Counted from the stretch's first letter, positions 20,139-33,014 are shown. The stretch: 64,000 nucleotides of DNA from Escherichia coli (GCF_003334765.1 NZ_QOWT01000020.1); one strand, 5' to 3'. Numbers and translations: made by a program. The notes: generated by a model from the sequence alone, not told the origin.

Positions 20139-21545
20139 TCAGAAGATGGTGAATGGTGCGATTACCATAAATTTCACGTCACGCTCATCCTGGAAGATGT
20201 TGCCGTAACCACCGCCCCAGCTTGGGATGTCGGAGTGGTTGTCGTATTCGGTGAAATGCAGTTTGAACATCGTGCCTTTGGCGCGACCGTCCTGAATGGT
20301 ATAGACCGCATCCAGGCTGTAGGCAGACTCTTCAATAGTCCGGTTTTTGTCGTAGTACGCATCCGGATTGCTCTGCCAGGTCGCAGGTTTAGCATCCCAT
20401 GCGTAAACGTAGGAAGCGCCGATGGCGAAGCCTGGAAGATTCCAGTTTTTCAGGTCATACATCGCACCGAAGAAGACCGCTTTTTCGCCGTTGGCGTTGA
20501 AGTCAGAACGGTTATCCCACCAGATATCCAGGCGACCGTTTGAGGAAGCGTAGGTTGGAGTCATACGTTGCAGGAAGTATCCCTGCTGACCGTCAGCCTT
20601 AACCCAGGTGCCTTCGAGGCGCAAATCCACTACGTCAGCCGCCCAGTAACCAAAGGTCAACGCTTGCAGCCAGGCGGTGCCGTCATAAAGGTCGTTGACG
20701 CTGCGATCGTCAACTTTATCTCGGGTACCGTAGAACTGGTAGCTGGTGGTTAACGGGCTACCGGCGATATCAAATTTGTAGCTGGCTTTGGCAAAATATT
20801 GATCGATATACCCTTCCGCCTGACCAAATGCCGCTTCCAGTACGAAGTTATTTTTGAAGTCGTATTTCGCCCCAAAGGAGTGCAGATAATCAACTTTGGT
20901 GGTTTTATCGTTCTGATAAAACTCATCCATTTCCAGATGCCACGGCGCTTTGTATTCGTTGGTCCACATGTAGGAGAAACTCAACGCACCAGCATCGCCG
21001 TAATCAAAATTCGCCCCGGCTTCCGCCCCCTGATAAGTACCTGGCATAAAGCTCCAGTGCGGCGCTAACAGCGTTTGACCAGTTGGCTGAATGTAACCTG
21101 CCCTCGCCCAAACCGGACCGTATTTAAATTTGGCCGCAGCTTTATACAGGCTTATACCGCTTTTGTCGCCGGACCAGTCTTCGTCATAGGCTTTATTACT
21201 TTTTGAAAACGCGATTTCGTTCGGGTGGGAGCTGTCGCCGTTTTCCGCCATTTCAATCGCCGTAAACGCAGCAATATCAAGGCCGAACATATCAGCAGCA
21301 TAACCGGACTGAAAATCGAGGTTGGCATTCCAGGTGGAGTGAGAAAGGTTGGTTTTGTATTTGTCGCCGTCGGTAACATCTTTACGGTCGCGTTCACGCT
21401 GCCAGTAATAGATACCGCCGGTTAAGGTTGAATCGTCGATGAATCCTTCGGCGCGAGCCTCCGGCATTGCCATAAAGCCCGACATTGCTGTAACACCGGC
21501 GATAGCCAGCGCCAGCGTACTACGTTTGCCACTAAACGTACGCAT
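20139..21545 (-). CDS. chiP: Chitoporin (outer-membrane porin, OprD family)
   Basis: 468-aa [35 protein letters not shown]... with signal peptide and C-terminal aromatic residue typical of a beta-barrel. Confidence 0.93.
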   Translation of the reverse strand: MRTFSGKRSTLALAIAGVTAMSGFMAMPEARAEGFIDDSTLTGGIYYWQRERDRKDVTDGDKYKTNLSHSTWNANLDFQSGYAADMFGLDIAAFTAIEMAENGDSSHPNEIAFSKSNKAYDEDWSGDKSGISLYKAAAKFKYGPVWARAGYIQPTGQTLLAPHWSFMPGTYQGAEAGANFDYGDAGALSFSYMWTNEYKAPWHLEMDEFYQNDKTTKVDYLHSFGAKYDFKNNFVLEAAFGQAEGYIDQYFAKASYKFDIAGSPLTTSYQFYGTRDKVDDRSVNDLYDGTAWLQALTFGYWAADVVDLRLEGTWVKADGQQGYFLQRMTPTYASSNGRLDIWWDNRSDFNANGEKAVFFGAMYDLKNWNLPGFAIGASYVYAWDAKPATWQSNPDAYYDKNRTIEESAYSLDAVYTIQDGRAKGTMFKLHFTEYDNHSDIPSWGGGYGNIFQDERDVKFMVIAPFTIF

Positions 21546-21700
21546 GGGTTAATCCTCTTTGACGTATAAATTGCTGCACCAAAGGTGAACAGCGAAAAAA
21601 TAAAAATTAAAAAAGTAGCGTTGAGAAAAGTCTCGCTGACTACAGGAACAGACTATTTTTCGCGACGCGAATTATCAATCTCTTTCTGTAACCAGAATGT
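21546..21700 (-). promoter_or_regulatory. chiP 5' leader (known target region of the sRNA ChiX)
   Basis: Non-coding region directly upstream of the chiP ATG; assignment rests on published chiP regulation, the exact pairing site was not mapped here. Confidence 0.35.
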
Positions 21701-21894
21701 AAGAACATGAGCAACCGCACATATTTTGATGATTTTTGTTACAAGGCTTAAGTTTGCGGTTGAAAGGCTTGCAGAAGAATAAAAGCGTGAAATTCCAGCA
21801 AGATGAAAGCGGTTACATTTTATTTAATTATGTTTTGTTATTTTAAATTTATTTTATGGATAAATTGCGAAGCGGAATTAATTCGCGAAGAAAA

Positions 21895-21925
21895 GCAGAA
21901 AAAACGCCGCTGAACGCGGCGTTTT
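21895..21925 (-). terminator. Intrinsic terminator downstream of glnS (distal to the BIME)
   Basis: Perfect 10-bp stem aaaacgccgc/gcggcgtttt with a 5-nt loop; on the minus strand it is followed by a T-run (plus-strand agaaaaa). Confidence 0.6.
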
Positions 21926-21944
21926 GGATTGTTTGCTGTTTCTT

Positions 21945-22106
21945 GCCGGATGCGGCGTGAACGCCTTATCCGGCCTACAAAAGCACGCAAACTCAATATA
22001 TTGCAGAGATCATGTAGGCCTGATAAGCGTAGCGCATCAGGCAATTTAGCGTTTGAAACTGTTTGTCTGTTCCTTGCCGGATGCGACGTAAACGCCCCAT
22101 CCGGCA
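21945..22106. repeat. BIME cluster of three REP palindromes
   Basis: REPs at 21945-21978, 22014-22043 and 22076-22106 in alternating orientation (gccggatgcggcgtgaacgccttatccggcctac type). Confidence 0.85.
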
Positions 22107-22121
22107 TAGCGAAACTTAAAA

Positions 22122-23786
22122 TTACTCGCCTACTTTCGCCCAGGTATCACGCAGCCCAACGGTGCGGTTAAATACCGGTTTTTCCGCCGTAGAATGGCGG
22201 CTATCGAGGCAGAAGTAACCTTCACGCTCAAACTGGAATGCTTTACCCGCAACCGCATCTTTCAGCGACGGTTCAGCAAAGCCCTGTTTGATCACCAGCG
22301 ATTCCGGGTTAATCACCGACAGGAAATCATCCGCAGCACCTGGGTTAGGCACGCTGAACAGACGGTCATACAAACGGATTTCAACCGGCAGCGCATGTGC
22401 CGCGCTCACCCAGTGAATAACACCTTTGACTTTACGACCATCTGCCGGATCTTTGCTTAAGGTATCGGCGTCATAAGTACAGAAGATGGTGGTGATATTA
22501 CCTTCGGCATCTTTCTCGACGCGTTCTGCCTTAATCACATAAGCATTACGCAGACGCACTTCTTTACCCAGCACCAGACGTTTGTACTGCTTGTTAGCTT
22601 CTTCGCGGAAATCGGCGCGATCAATCCAAATCTCACCGCTAAACGGCACCTGACGGCTGCCCATTTCCGGTTTGTTCGGATGGTTCGGCATGGTAACCAT
22701 TTCGCCTTCGCCCTGATAGTTTTCGATAACCAGTTTCACCGGATCGATAACCGCCATTGCGCGCGGCGCATTTTCGTTGAGATCTTCACGGATGCAGGAT
22801 TCCAGCGACGCCATCTCAATGGTGTTGTCCTGCTTGGTCACGCCGATGCGTTTGCAGAACTCACGAATAGAAGCCGCAGTGTAACCACGACGACGCAGAC
22901 CGGAAATGGTCGGCATACGCGGGTCATCCCAGCCTTCAACGTGCTTGTCGGTCACCAGCAGGTTCAACTTACGCTTGGACATCACGGTGTATTCCAGATT
23001 CAGGCGCGAGAACTCATACTGGCGCGGGTGAACAGGAATCGTGATGTTGTCCAGTACCCAGTCGTACAGACGACGGTTGTCCTGGAACTCAAGCGTACAC
23101 AGAGAGTGCGTAATACCTTCCAGGGCATCGCTGATGCAGTGGGTGAAGTCGTACATCGGGTAGATGCACCACTTGTTGCCAGTCTGGTGGTGTTCAGCAA
23201 ATTTAATACGGTACAGCACCGGATCGCGCATCACGATAAACGGTGAAGCCATGTCGATTTTCGCACGCAGGCAGGCTTTACCTTCTTCAAAACCACCGGC
23301 ACGCATTTTTTCGAACAGCGCCAGGTTCTCTTCAACGCTGCGGTCGCGGTACGGGCTGTTTTTACCCGGTTGCGTCAGGGTGCCGCGGTATTCGCGGATC
23401 TGTTCCGGCGTCAGTTCATCAACGTACGCCAGGCCTTTATTGATCAGTTCGATCGCATAGGCGTGGAGCTGATCAAAATAATCGGAGGAGTAACGGACGT
23501 TACCAGACCAGTGAAAACCTAACCACTCTACGTCGTTTTTGATCGACTCAACATACTCGATATCTTCTTTTACCGGGTTAGTGTCGTCGAAACGCAGGTT
23601 GCACTGGCCTTTATAGTCCTGGGCGATCCCGAAGTTCAGGCAGATAGATTTCGCATGGCCAATATGCAGATAGCCATTCGGCTCCGGCGGGAAACGGGTG
23701 TGTACTGTGGTGTGCTTACCACTGGCCAGATCTTCATCGATGATCTGACGGATAAAGTTAGTCGGGCGGGCTTCTGCCTCACTCAT
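22122..23786 (-). CDS. glnS: Glutaminyl-tRNA synthetase
   Basis: 554-aa [27 protein letters not shown]... with class-I HIGH motif ([11 protein letters not shown]) and VMSKR. Confidence 0.97.
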
Positions 23787-23988
23787 CGTGGATTCCTCAA
23801 AGCGTAAACAACGTATAACGGCGTATGATCTTATAAGCGGGACAGGCTGACAACTGTTAGTTTTTTAAAATTGATAATCTAACAAGGATTATGGGGATGA
23901 TTGATGAAAAAAAAAGCGGCAGAGAAGATCTCCACCGCTTGTCATTGTTGGATGCGACGCTCAAGCGTCGCATCAGGCATAAAGCAGA

Positions 23989-25935
23989 TTACTTTTTGAT
24001 TTCATACAGCGGTGTTTGACCCGCCACAACATGGCCCTGAGCTTTAATGATCAAGCCACTGAAATCGTCGATATTGCTGCAAACCACCGGGCTAATCATC
24101 GAGCGGGCGTTAGCGTTCAGGTAATCCAGATCCATTTCCAGAATCGGTTGCCCTGCGCTTACCTGCGCACCCTCTTCCACCAGACGTTTAAAGCCTTTAC
24201 CTTCCAGCGCTACGGTGTCGATACCCATATGGACGACGATCTCCGCGCCTTTTTCGGTTTCCAGGCAGAACGCGTGGTTGGTGTTGAAGATTTTCACGAT
24301 TGTCCCTGCGGCTGGTGATACGACGATTTTATCTGTCGGTTTCACCGCCACACCGTCACCCACCGCTTTGCTGGCGAATGCTTCGTCAGGAACCTGATCC
24401 AGTGCCACGACATCACCGGTAATCGGCGATACCAGCTCCGCGATAGATACCGCGTTTGGTACAGCCTGCGGTTTTGCTACAGGCGCGGCAGTTGCCGGAG
24501 TTGCTTCAGCTGACGCAGCGGCTACCGGACCACGGGCAACGACTTTCTTCATCGCATCGCCGATGGATTCTGCTTTCGCGCCAACAATCACCTGAATAGT
24601 CTGTTTGTTCAGTTTCACTACCCCAGAAGCACCCAGACGTTTACACATCGTATCGTTAACGCGGGCAGAGTCAGCCACTGTAAGGCGCAGACGGGTGATA
24701 CAGGCGTCAATCGCTTTCAGGTTGTCAGTGCCGCCAACCGCAGCAATATAGTTGGTTGCCAGTTGAGTCAGACCTTCTTCAGTGTTGCTGTTGGCTTCTT
24801 CAGTAACGATCTCGTCTTCTTTATCTTCACGACCCGGCGTTTTCAGGTTGAACATGCGGATAACCAAACTGAACACCACGAAGTAGATAGCGAAGAAGAT
24901 AACGCCCATCACCAGCAGCATCCAGACGTTCTGGCTGGCGGCCGGCAGGTTATACATCAACGCGTAGTCGATAGCCCCCGCAGAGAAAGAGAAGCCCGCG
25001 TGGATACCCAGCAGCGTTGCCACAAACAGGCTGATACCGGTCAGCAGTGCGTGCAGGAGGTACAGCAGCGGAGCAAGGAACATGAACAGGAATTCCAGCG
25101 GCTCAGTCACACCGGTCAGGAACGCAGTAACAGCAACAGAAAGCAGCATACCGCCAACCATCGGACGACGCTCTTTCGGTGCTGCGAAGTACATCGCCAG
25201 CGCCGCACCCGGCAGACCGAACATCATGATCGGGAAGAAGCCGGACATGAACATCCCCGCGGTGCCGTCACCGGCATAGAAGCGGTTAATGTCACCGTGG
25301 AAAACCGTACCCGCCGCGTTGGTGAATTCACCAATCTGGAACCAGGCGATGGTGTTCAGTACCTGATGCAGACCGGTTGGGATCAGCAGACGGTTGATGA
25401 AACCAAAGATACCGGAACCCAGCGCGCCCGCAGAAACGATCCACTCGCCGCCTGCATGGATAGCGTGCTGTACTGGCGGCCAGACGTAACCAAAAATGGC
25501 CGCCAGCACCAGGCAGAAGAATCCGGTGGCAATCGGCACAAAGCGTTTGCCGCCGAAGAAGCTCAGGAAGTCCGGCAGTTTAATATCGGACCAACGGTTA
25601 TAGGCTGCGCCACCAACCAGACCGGTAATGATACCCGCCAGTACACCCATGTTAATTTCTGGGTTGATGGTCACCATCGCTTTGGTTAACACAAAGTAAC
25701 CTACCGCACCCGCCAGCGCCGCCGCACCAGCGCTGTCTTTCGACCAGCTGGATGCCACACCGATGGCGAAGATTAATGCGAGGTTATCAAAAATCGCACC
25801 GCCCGCCTGGGCAATAAACGCAACGTTAAGTAAATCTGGCTGACCGAATCGCAGCAACAGTGCCGCCACCGGCAGCACCGCGATAGGGAGCTGTAACGCC
25901 CTACCGAGTCGCTGGAAAAAACCTAAAATATTCAT
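23989..25935 (-). CDS. nagE: PTS N-acetylglucosamine-specific EIICBA component
   Basis: 648-aa ORF MNILGFFQRLGRALQLPIAVLPVAALLLRFG... Confidence 0.95.
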   Translation of the reverse strand: MNILGFFQRLGRALQLPIAVLPVAALLLRFGQPDLLNVAFIAQAGGAIFDNLALIFAIGVASSWSKDSAGAAALAGAVGYFVLTKAMVTINPEINMGVLAGIITGLVGGAAYNRWSDIKLPDFLSFFGGKRFVPIATGFFCLVLAAIFGYVWPPVQHAIHAGGEWIVSAGALGSGIFGFINRLLIPTGLHQVLNTIAWFQIGEFTNAAGTVFHGDINRFYAGDGTAGMFMSGFFPIMMFGLPGAALAMYFAAPKERRPMVGGMLLSVAVTAFLTGVTEPLEFLFMFLAPLLYLLHALLTGISLFVATLLGIHAGFSFSAGAIDYALMYNLPAASQNVWMLLVMGVIFFAIYFVVFSLVIRMFNLKTPGREDKEDEIVTEEANSNTEEGLTQLATNYIAAVGGTDNLKAIDACITRLRLTVADSARVNDTMCKRLGASGVVKLNKQTIQVIVGAKAESIGDAMKKVVARGPVAAASAEATPATAAPVAKPQAVPNAVSIAELVSPITGDVVALDQVPDEAFASKAVGDGVAVKPTDKIVVSPAAGTIVKIFNTNHAFCLETEKGAEIVVHMGIDTVALEGKGFKRLVEEGAQVSAGQPILEMDLDYLNANARSMISPVVCSNIDDFSGLIIKAQGHVVAGQTPLYEIKK

Positions 25936-26056
25936 CTTATTCCCCCTACGAGAACCCTATTTGGCTCGTTTCAAGCCGTATTTTTATTTTGCTGCAAATT
26001 GTACTGCCGATGTTCTGTAATCAGATTGTTAGATCATCTGCTACAGAGTGTGTGAA

Positions 26057-26081
26057 AATTTAATTCGTATCGCAAATTAAA
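26057..26081. promoter_or_regulatory. NagC operator in the nagE-nagB divergent control region
   Basis: Palindrome aatttaattcgtatcgcaaattaaa (TT-N-CGTATCG-N-AA core). Confidence 0.5.
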
Positions 26082-26087
26082 CGCGTG

Positions 26088-26112
26088 TCTTTTGTGAGTT
26101 TTGTCACCAAAT
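26088..26112. promoter_or_regulatory. CRP site between nagE and nagB
   Basis: tgtga-gttttg-tcacc matches TGTGA-N6-TCACA. Confidence 0.55.
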
Positions 26113-26267
26113 ATCGTTATCATCACTCCCTTTTACTGGCTAAACCAGAAAACTTATTTTATCATTCAAAAAATCAGGTCGGATTGACGCCTGTCTGCGC
26201 AAATCCAGGTTACGCTTAAAGATGCCTAATCCGCCAACGGCTTACATTTTACTTATTGAGGTGAATA

Positions 26268-28276
<2,009 letters not shown>

Positions 28277-28284
28277 GAGAAAGT

Positions 28285-29505
28285 ATGACACCAGGCGGAC
28301 AAGCTCAGATAGGTAATGTTGATCTCGTAAAACAGCTTAACAGCGCGGCGGTTTATCGCCTGATTGACCAGTACGGGCCAATCTCGCGGATTCAGATTGC
28401 CGAGCAAAGCCAGCTTGCCCCCGCCAGCGTAACCAAAATTACGCGTCAGCTTATCGAACGCGGGCTGATCAAAGAAGTTGATCAGCAGGCCTCCACCGGG
28501 GGCCGCCGCGCTATCTCCATCGTCACCGAAACCCGCAATTTCCACGCAATCGGCGTACGGCTTGGTCGTCATGACGCCACCATCACTCTGTTTGATCTCA
28601 GCAGCAAAGTGCTGGCAGAAGAACATTACCCGCTGCCGGAACGTACCCAGCAAACGCTGGAACATGCCCTGTTGAATGCCATTGCTCAGTTTATTGATAG
28701 CTACCAGCGCAAACTGCGCGAGCTGATCGCGATTTCGGTGATCCTGCCAGGGCTTGTTGACCCGGACAGCGGCAAAATTCATTACATGCCGCATATTCAG
28801 GTAGAAAACTGGGGGCTGGTAGAAGCTCTGGAAGAACGTTTTAAAGTGACCTGTTTCGTTGGTCACGATATCCGTAGTCTGGCGCTGGCGGAGCACTACT
28901 TCGGTGCAAGTCAGGATTGCGAAGACTCCATTCTGGTGCGTGTCCATCGCGGAACCGGGGCCGGGATTATCTCTAACGGGCGCATTTTTATTGGCCGCAA
29001 CGGCAACGTCGGTGAAATTGGCCATATTCAGGTCGAACCGCTGGGTGAACGCTGCCACTGCGGCAACTTTGGCTGCCTGGAAACTATCGCTGCCAACGCT
29101 GCCATTGAACAACGGGTGTTGAATCTGTTAAAGCAGGGCTACCAGAGCCGCGTGCCGCTGGACGACTGCACCATCAAAACTATCTGCAAAGCCGCGAACA
29201 AAGGCGATAGTCTGGCGTCGGAAGTAATTGAGTATGTCGGTCGTCATCTGGGTAAAACCATCGCCATTGCTATCAACTTATTTAATCCGCAAAAAATTGT
29301 TATTGCCGGTGAAATCACCGAAGCCGATAAAGTGCTGCTCCCTGCTATTGAAAGCTGCATTAATACCCAGGCGCTGAAGGCGTTTCGCACTAATCTGCCG
29401 GTGGTACGTTCTGAGCTGGATCACCGCTCGGCAATCGGCGCTTTTGCGCTGGTAAAACGCGCCATGCTCAACGGTATTTTGCTCCAGCATTTGCTGGAAA
29501 ATTAA
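28285..29505 (+). CDS. nagC: Transcriptional regulator NagC (ROK family)
   Basis: 406-aa ORF MTPGGQAQIGNVDLVKQLNSAAVYRLIDQYGPISRIQIAE...; N-terminal HTH and ROK zinc motif ...CHCGNFGCLE... Confidence 0.96.
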   Translation: MTPGGQAQIGNVDLVKQLNSAAVYRLIDQYGPISRIQIAEQSQLAPASVTKITRQLIERGLIKEVDQQASTGGRRAISIVTETRNFHAIGVRLGRHDATITLFDLSSKVLAEEHYPLPERTQQTLEHALLNAIAQFIDSYQRKLRELIAISVILPGLVDPDSGKIHYMPHIQVENWGLVEALEERFKVTCFVGHDIRSLALAEHYFGASQDCEDSILVRVHRGTGAGIISNGRIFIGRNGNVGEIGHIQVEPLGERCHCGNFGCLETIAANAAIEQRVLNLLKQGYQSRVPLDDCTIKTICKAANKGDSLASEVIEYVGRHLGKTIAIAINLFNPQKIVIAGEITEADKVLLPAIESCINTQALKAFRTNLPVVRSELDHRSAIGAFALVKRAMLNGILLQHLLEN

Positions 29506-29552
29506 TGTGCTTTTATAGTGGCGCTTATTGTTGTCAATATTCTGGGTAGTCC

Positions 29553-30305
29553 ATGACCATTAAAAATGTAATTTGCGATATCGACGGCGTGCTGATGCAC
29601 GATAACGTCGCCGTACCGGGTGCAGCGGAATTTTTGCACGGGATTATGGATAAAGGCCTGCCGCTGGTGTTGCTGACCAACTATCCTTCGCAGACTGGGC
29701 AAGATCTGGCGAACCGCTTTGCCACCGCAGGTGTCGATGTACCTGACAGCGTGTTTTATACCTCTGCGATGGCGACTGCCGATTTCCTGCGTCGCCAGGA
29801 AGGCAAGAAAGCGTATGTGGTGGGCGAAGGCGCACTGATTCATGAACTGTACAAAGCCGGTTTCACTATTACCGATGTGAACCCTGATTTCGTGATTGTT
29901 GGCGAAACGCGTTCCTACAACTGGGACATGATGCATAAAGCAGCCTATTTCGTCGCTAACGGTGCACGTTTTATCGCCACCAATCCGGACACCCACGGGC
30001 GCGGTTTTTATCCCGCTTGTGGCGCGTTGTGTGCAGGGATTGAGAAAATCTCCGGGCGCAAACCGTTCTATGTTGGTAAGCCCAGCCCGTGGATCATCCG
30101 CGCAGCATTAAACAAAATGCAGGCGCATTCGGAAGAAACGGTGATTGTCGGCGATAACCTGCGTACCGATATTCTGGCCGGCTTCCAGGCAGGTCTGGAG
30201 ACGATTCTGGTGCTTTCTGGTGTTTCGTCGCTCGACGATATCGACAGTATGCCTTTCCGCCCCAGCTGGATTTACCCGTCAGTCGCTGAAATCGACGTTA
30301 TCTGA
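29553..30305 (+). CDS. nagD: HAD-family ribonucleotide monophosphatase NagD
   Basis: 250-aa ORF MTIKNVICDIDGVLMHDN... (DxDG HAD motif I). Confidence 0.95.
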   Translation: MTIKNVICDIDGVLMHDNVAVPGAAEFLHGIMDKGLPLVLLTNYPSQTGQDLANRFATAGVDVPDSVFYTSAMATADFLRRQEGKKAYVVGEGALIHELYKAGFTITDVNPDFVIVGETRSYNWDMMHKAAYFVANGARFIATNPDTHGRGFYPACGALCAGIEKISGRKPFYVGKPSPWIIRAALNKMQAHSEETVIVGDNLRTDILAGFQAGLETILVLSGVSSLDDIDSMPFRPSWIYPSVAEIDVI

Positions 30306-30310
30306 ATAGC

Positions 30311-30332
30311 AACCACGTCTGCGGACGTGGTT
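30311..30332 (+). terminator. Hairpin after nagD (weak terminator candidate)
   Basis: aaccacgtc-tgcg-gacgtggtt, a 9-bp stem with a poor T-tract. Confidence 0.35.
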
Positions 30333-30356
30333 GGCTCTGATGACAAACGCCAAACT

Positions 30357-30455
30357 GCCTGATGCGCTACGCTTATCAGGCCTACGCAGCTCCTGCAATA
30401 TATTGAATTTTCATGCTTTTGTAGGCCGGATAAGGCGTTCACGCCGCATCCGGCA
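30357..30455. repeat. BIME: two REP palindromes
   Basis: gcctgatgcgctacgcttatcaggcctac (30357-30385) and gtaggccggataaggcgttcacgccgcatccggca (30421-30455). Confidence 0.85.
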
Positions 30456-30701
30456 TGAACAAATCGCACTTTGTCAGCAATTTGGCCCCCGTAAAATATA
30501 AACATTCAATAAAACCCGCTAAAAATTATCGATTCATCAATAAATATATCCTCACACCAGACCTTTTTTCACCAATCGACAATCACCATTACGTTTTTTA
30601 TTTTTTCACCGCCAAATCGCTTGCGCACAGTGCTGCTTTGCGGCATTTTTTTAAACAAGCAAACACAACAAGCAACAAATACCAGGTTAACGGAGAAGGT
30701 T

Positions 30702-32366
30702 ATGTGTTCAATTTTTGGCGTATTCGATATCAAAACAGACGCAGTTGAGCTGCGTAAGAAAGCCCTCGAGCTGTCACGCCTGATGCGTCATCGTGGCCCG
30801 GACTGGTCCGGTATTTATGCCAGCGATAACGCCATTCTCGCCCACGAACGTCTGTCAATTGTTGACGTTAACGCGGGGGCGCAACCTCTCTACAACCAAC
30901 AAAAAACCCACGTACTGGCGGTAAACGGTGAAATCTACAACCACCAGGCATTGCGCGCCGAATATGGCGATCGTTACCAGTTCCAGACCGGGTCTGACTG
31001 TGAAGTGATCCTCGCGCTGTATCAGGAAAAAGGGCCGGAATTTCTCGACGACTTGCAGGGCATGTTTGCCTTTGCACTGTACGACAGCGAAAAAGATGCC
31101 TACCTGATTGGTCGCGACCATCTGGGGATCATCCCACTGTATATGGGGTATGACGAACACGGTCAGCTGTATGTGGCCTCAGAAATGAAAGCGCTGGTGC
31201 CAGTTTGCCGCACGATTAAAGAGTTCCCGGCGGGGAGCTATTTGTGGAGCCAGGACGGCGAAATCCGTTCTTACTATCATCGCGACTGGTTCGACTACGA
31301 TGCGGTGAAAGATAACGTGACCGACAAAAACGAGCTGCGTCAGGCACTGGAAGATTCAGTTAAAAGCCATCTGATGTCTGATGTGCCTTACGGTGTGCTG
31401 CTTTCTGGTGGTCTGGATTCCTCAATTATTTCCGCTATCACCAAGAAATACGCAGCCCGTCGCGTGGAAGATCAGGAACGCTCTGAAGCCTGGTGGCCGC
31501 AGTTACACTCCTTTGCTGTAGGTCTGCCGGGTTCACCGGATCTGAAAGCAGCCCAGGAAGTGGCAAACCATCTGGGCACGGTGCATCACGAAATTCACTT
31601 CACTGTACAGGAAGGTCTGGATGCCATCCGCGACGTGATTTACCACATCGAAACTTATGATGTGACCACTATTCGCGCTTCAACACCGATGTATTTAATG
31701 TCGCGTAAGATCAAGGCGATGGGCATTAAAATGGTGCTGTCCGGTGAAGGTTCTGATGAAGTGTTCGGCGGTTATCTTTACTTCCACAAAGCACCGAATG
31801 CCAAAGAACTGCATGAAGAGACGGTGCGTAAACTGCTGGCCCTGCATATGTATGACTGCGCGCGTGCCAACAAAGCGATGTCAGCCTGGGGCGTGGAAGC
31901 ACGCGTTCCGTTCCTCGACAAAAAATTCCTTGATGTGGCGATGCGTATTAACCCACAGGATAAAATGTGCGGTAACGGCAAAATGGAAAAACACATCCTG
32001 CGTGAATGTTTTGAAGCGTATCTGCCTGCAAGCGTGGCCTGGCGGCAGAAAGAGCAGTTCTCCGATGGCGTCGGTTACAGTTGGATCGACACCCTGAAAG
32101 AAGTGGCTGCGCAGCAGGTTTCTGATCAGCAACTGGAAACTGCCCGCTTCCGCTTCCCGTACAACACGCCAACCTCTAAAGAAGCGTACTTGTATCGGGA
32201 GATCTTTGAAGAACTATTCCCGCTTCCGAGCGCCGCTGAGTGCGTGCCGGGCGGTCCTTCCGTCGCTTGTTCTTCCGCTAAAGCGATCGAATGGGATGAA
32301 GCGTTCAAGAAAATGGACGATCCGTCTGGTCGCGCGGTTGGTGTTCACCAGTCGGCGTATAAGTAA
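30702..32366 (+). CDS. asnB: Asparagine synthetase B (glutamine-hydrolysing)
   Basis: 554-aa protein MCSIFGVFDIKTDAVELRKKALELSRLMRHRGPDWSG... (N-terminal Cys nucleophile, SGGLDSS PP-loop); start trimmed from track ORF 30621. Confidence 0.96.
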   Translation: MCSIFGVFDIKTDAVELRKKALELSRLMRHRGPDWSGIYASDNAILAHERLSIVDVNAGAQPLYNQQKTHVLAVNGEIYNHQALRAEYGDRYQFQTGSDCEVILALYQEKGPEFLDDLQGMFAFALYDSEKDAYLIGRDHLGIIPLYMGYDEHGQLYVASEMKALVPVCRTIKEFPAGSYLWSQDGEIRSYYHRDWFDYDAVKDNVTDKNELRQALEDSVKSHLMSDVPYGVLLSGGLDSSIISAITKKYAARRVEDQERSEAWWPQLHSFAVGLPGSPDLKAAQEVANHLGTVHHEIHFTVQEGLDAIRDVIYHIETYDVTTIRASTPMYLMSRKIKAMGIKMVLSGEGSDEVFGGYLYFHKAPNAKELHEETVRKLLALHMYDCARANKAMSAWGVEARVPFLDKKFLDVAMRINPQDKMCGNGKMEKHILRECFEAYLPASVAWRQKEQFSDGVGYSWIDTLKEVAAQQVSDQQLETARFRFPYNTPTSKEAYLYREIFEELFPLPSAAECVPGGPSVACSSAKAIEWDEAFKKMDDPSGRAVGVHQSAYK

Positions 32367-32374
32367 GAAATGCG

Positions 32375-32408
32375 AAACAGCCCCGGTGAAATCCGGGGCT
32401 GTTTCAGT
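32375..32408 (+). terminator. Intrinsic terminator after asnB
   Basis: aaacagccccgg-tgaaat-ccggggctgttt followed by cagtta; strong stem. Confidence 0.7.
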
Positions 32409-32676
32409 TATTGAGGTGCTTGTTGATTCTGATATGCAGTAAGGAAATGTTCCGGGTTTGCCACATCACTGTTTGACAACTCATCACTGTAGGCCAGTAT
32501 TTCATAGATTAATTTCCCACCACTATTGTTAAATTCCGAATTTCATCCTGTATGACAAAAGAATGGCTGTAGGGTGGGAAAAAACACAAAGTAAACAATA
32601 ATTGACGAATATAGCGCCACGCTGTTCGCAACCTAACCAAACAGTCACTTTCGAGCAATTTTCCTTGAAAAAGAGG

Positions 32677-32705
32677 TTGACGCTGCAAGGCTCTATACGC
32701 ATAAT
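32677..32705 (+). promoter_or_regulatory. Sigma-70 promoter of the tRNA operon
   Basis: -35 ttgacg (32677-32682), 17-bp spacer, -10 cataat (32700-32705), about 40 nt upstream of the first tRNA. Confidence 0.6.
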
Positions 32706-32745
32706 GCGCCCCGCAACGCCGATAAGGTATCGCGAAAAAAAAGAT

Positions 32746-32822
32746 GGCTACGTAGCTCAGTTGGTTAGAGCACATCACTCATAATGATGGGGTCACAGGT
32801 TCGAATCCCGTCGTAGCCACCA
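32746..32822 (+). tRNA. metT: tRNA-Met (elongator, anticodon CAU)
   Basis: 77-nt ggctacgtagctcagttggttagagcac...ctcataat...gtcgtagccacca with encoded CCA. Confidence 0.93.
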
Positions 32823-32831
32823 TCTTTTTTT

Positions 32832-32916
32832 GCGGGAGTGGCGAAATTGGTAGACGCACCAGATTTAGGTTCTGGCGCCGCAAGGTGTGCGAGTTCAAGT
32901 CTCGCCTCCCGCACCA
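32832..32916 (+). tRNA. leuW: tRNA-Leu (anticodon UAG)
   Basis: 85-nt gcgggagtggcgaaattggtagacgcaccagatttaggttctgg...cgcctcccgcacca; long variable arm. Confidence 0.93.
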
Positions 32917-32939
32917 TTCACCAGAAAGCGTTGTACGGA

Positions 32940-33014
32940 TGGGGTATCGCCAAGCGGTAAGGCACCGGTTTTTGATACCGGCATTCCCTGGTTCGAATCC
33001 AGGTACCCCAGCCA
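32940..33014 (+). tRNA. glnU: tRNA-Gln (anticodon UUG)
   Basis: 75-nt tggggtatcgccaagcggtaaggcaccggtttttgataccgg...ccccagcca; could equally be named glnW. Confidence 0.9.

Noticed and set aside
23951-23974. Hairpin gatgcgacgc-tcaa-gcgtcgcatc downstream of nagE as an intrinsic terminator
   Set aside because: No T-tract follows on the nagE (minus) strand; more likely a degenerate REP-like palindrome.
24763-25689. 308-aa plus-strand ORF antisense inside nagE
   Set aside because: Antisense to a conserved PTS permease; extreme His/Arg/Gln bias; no RBS.
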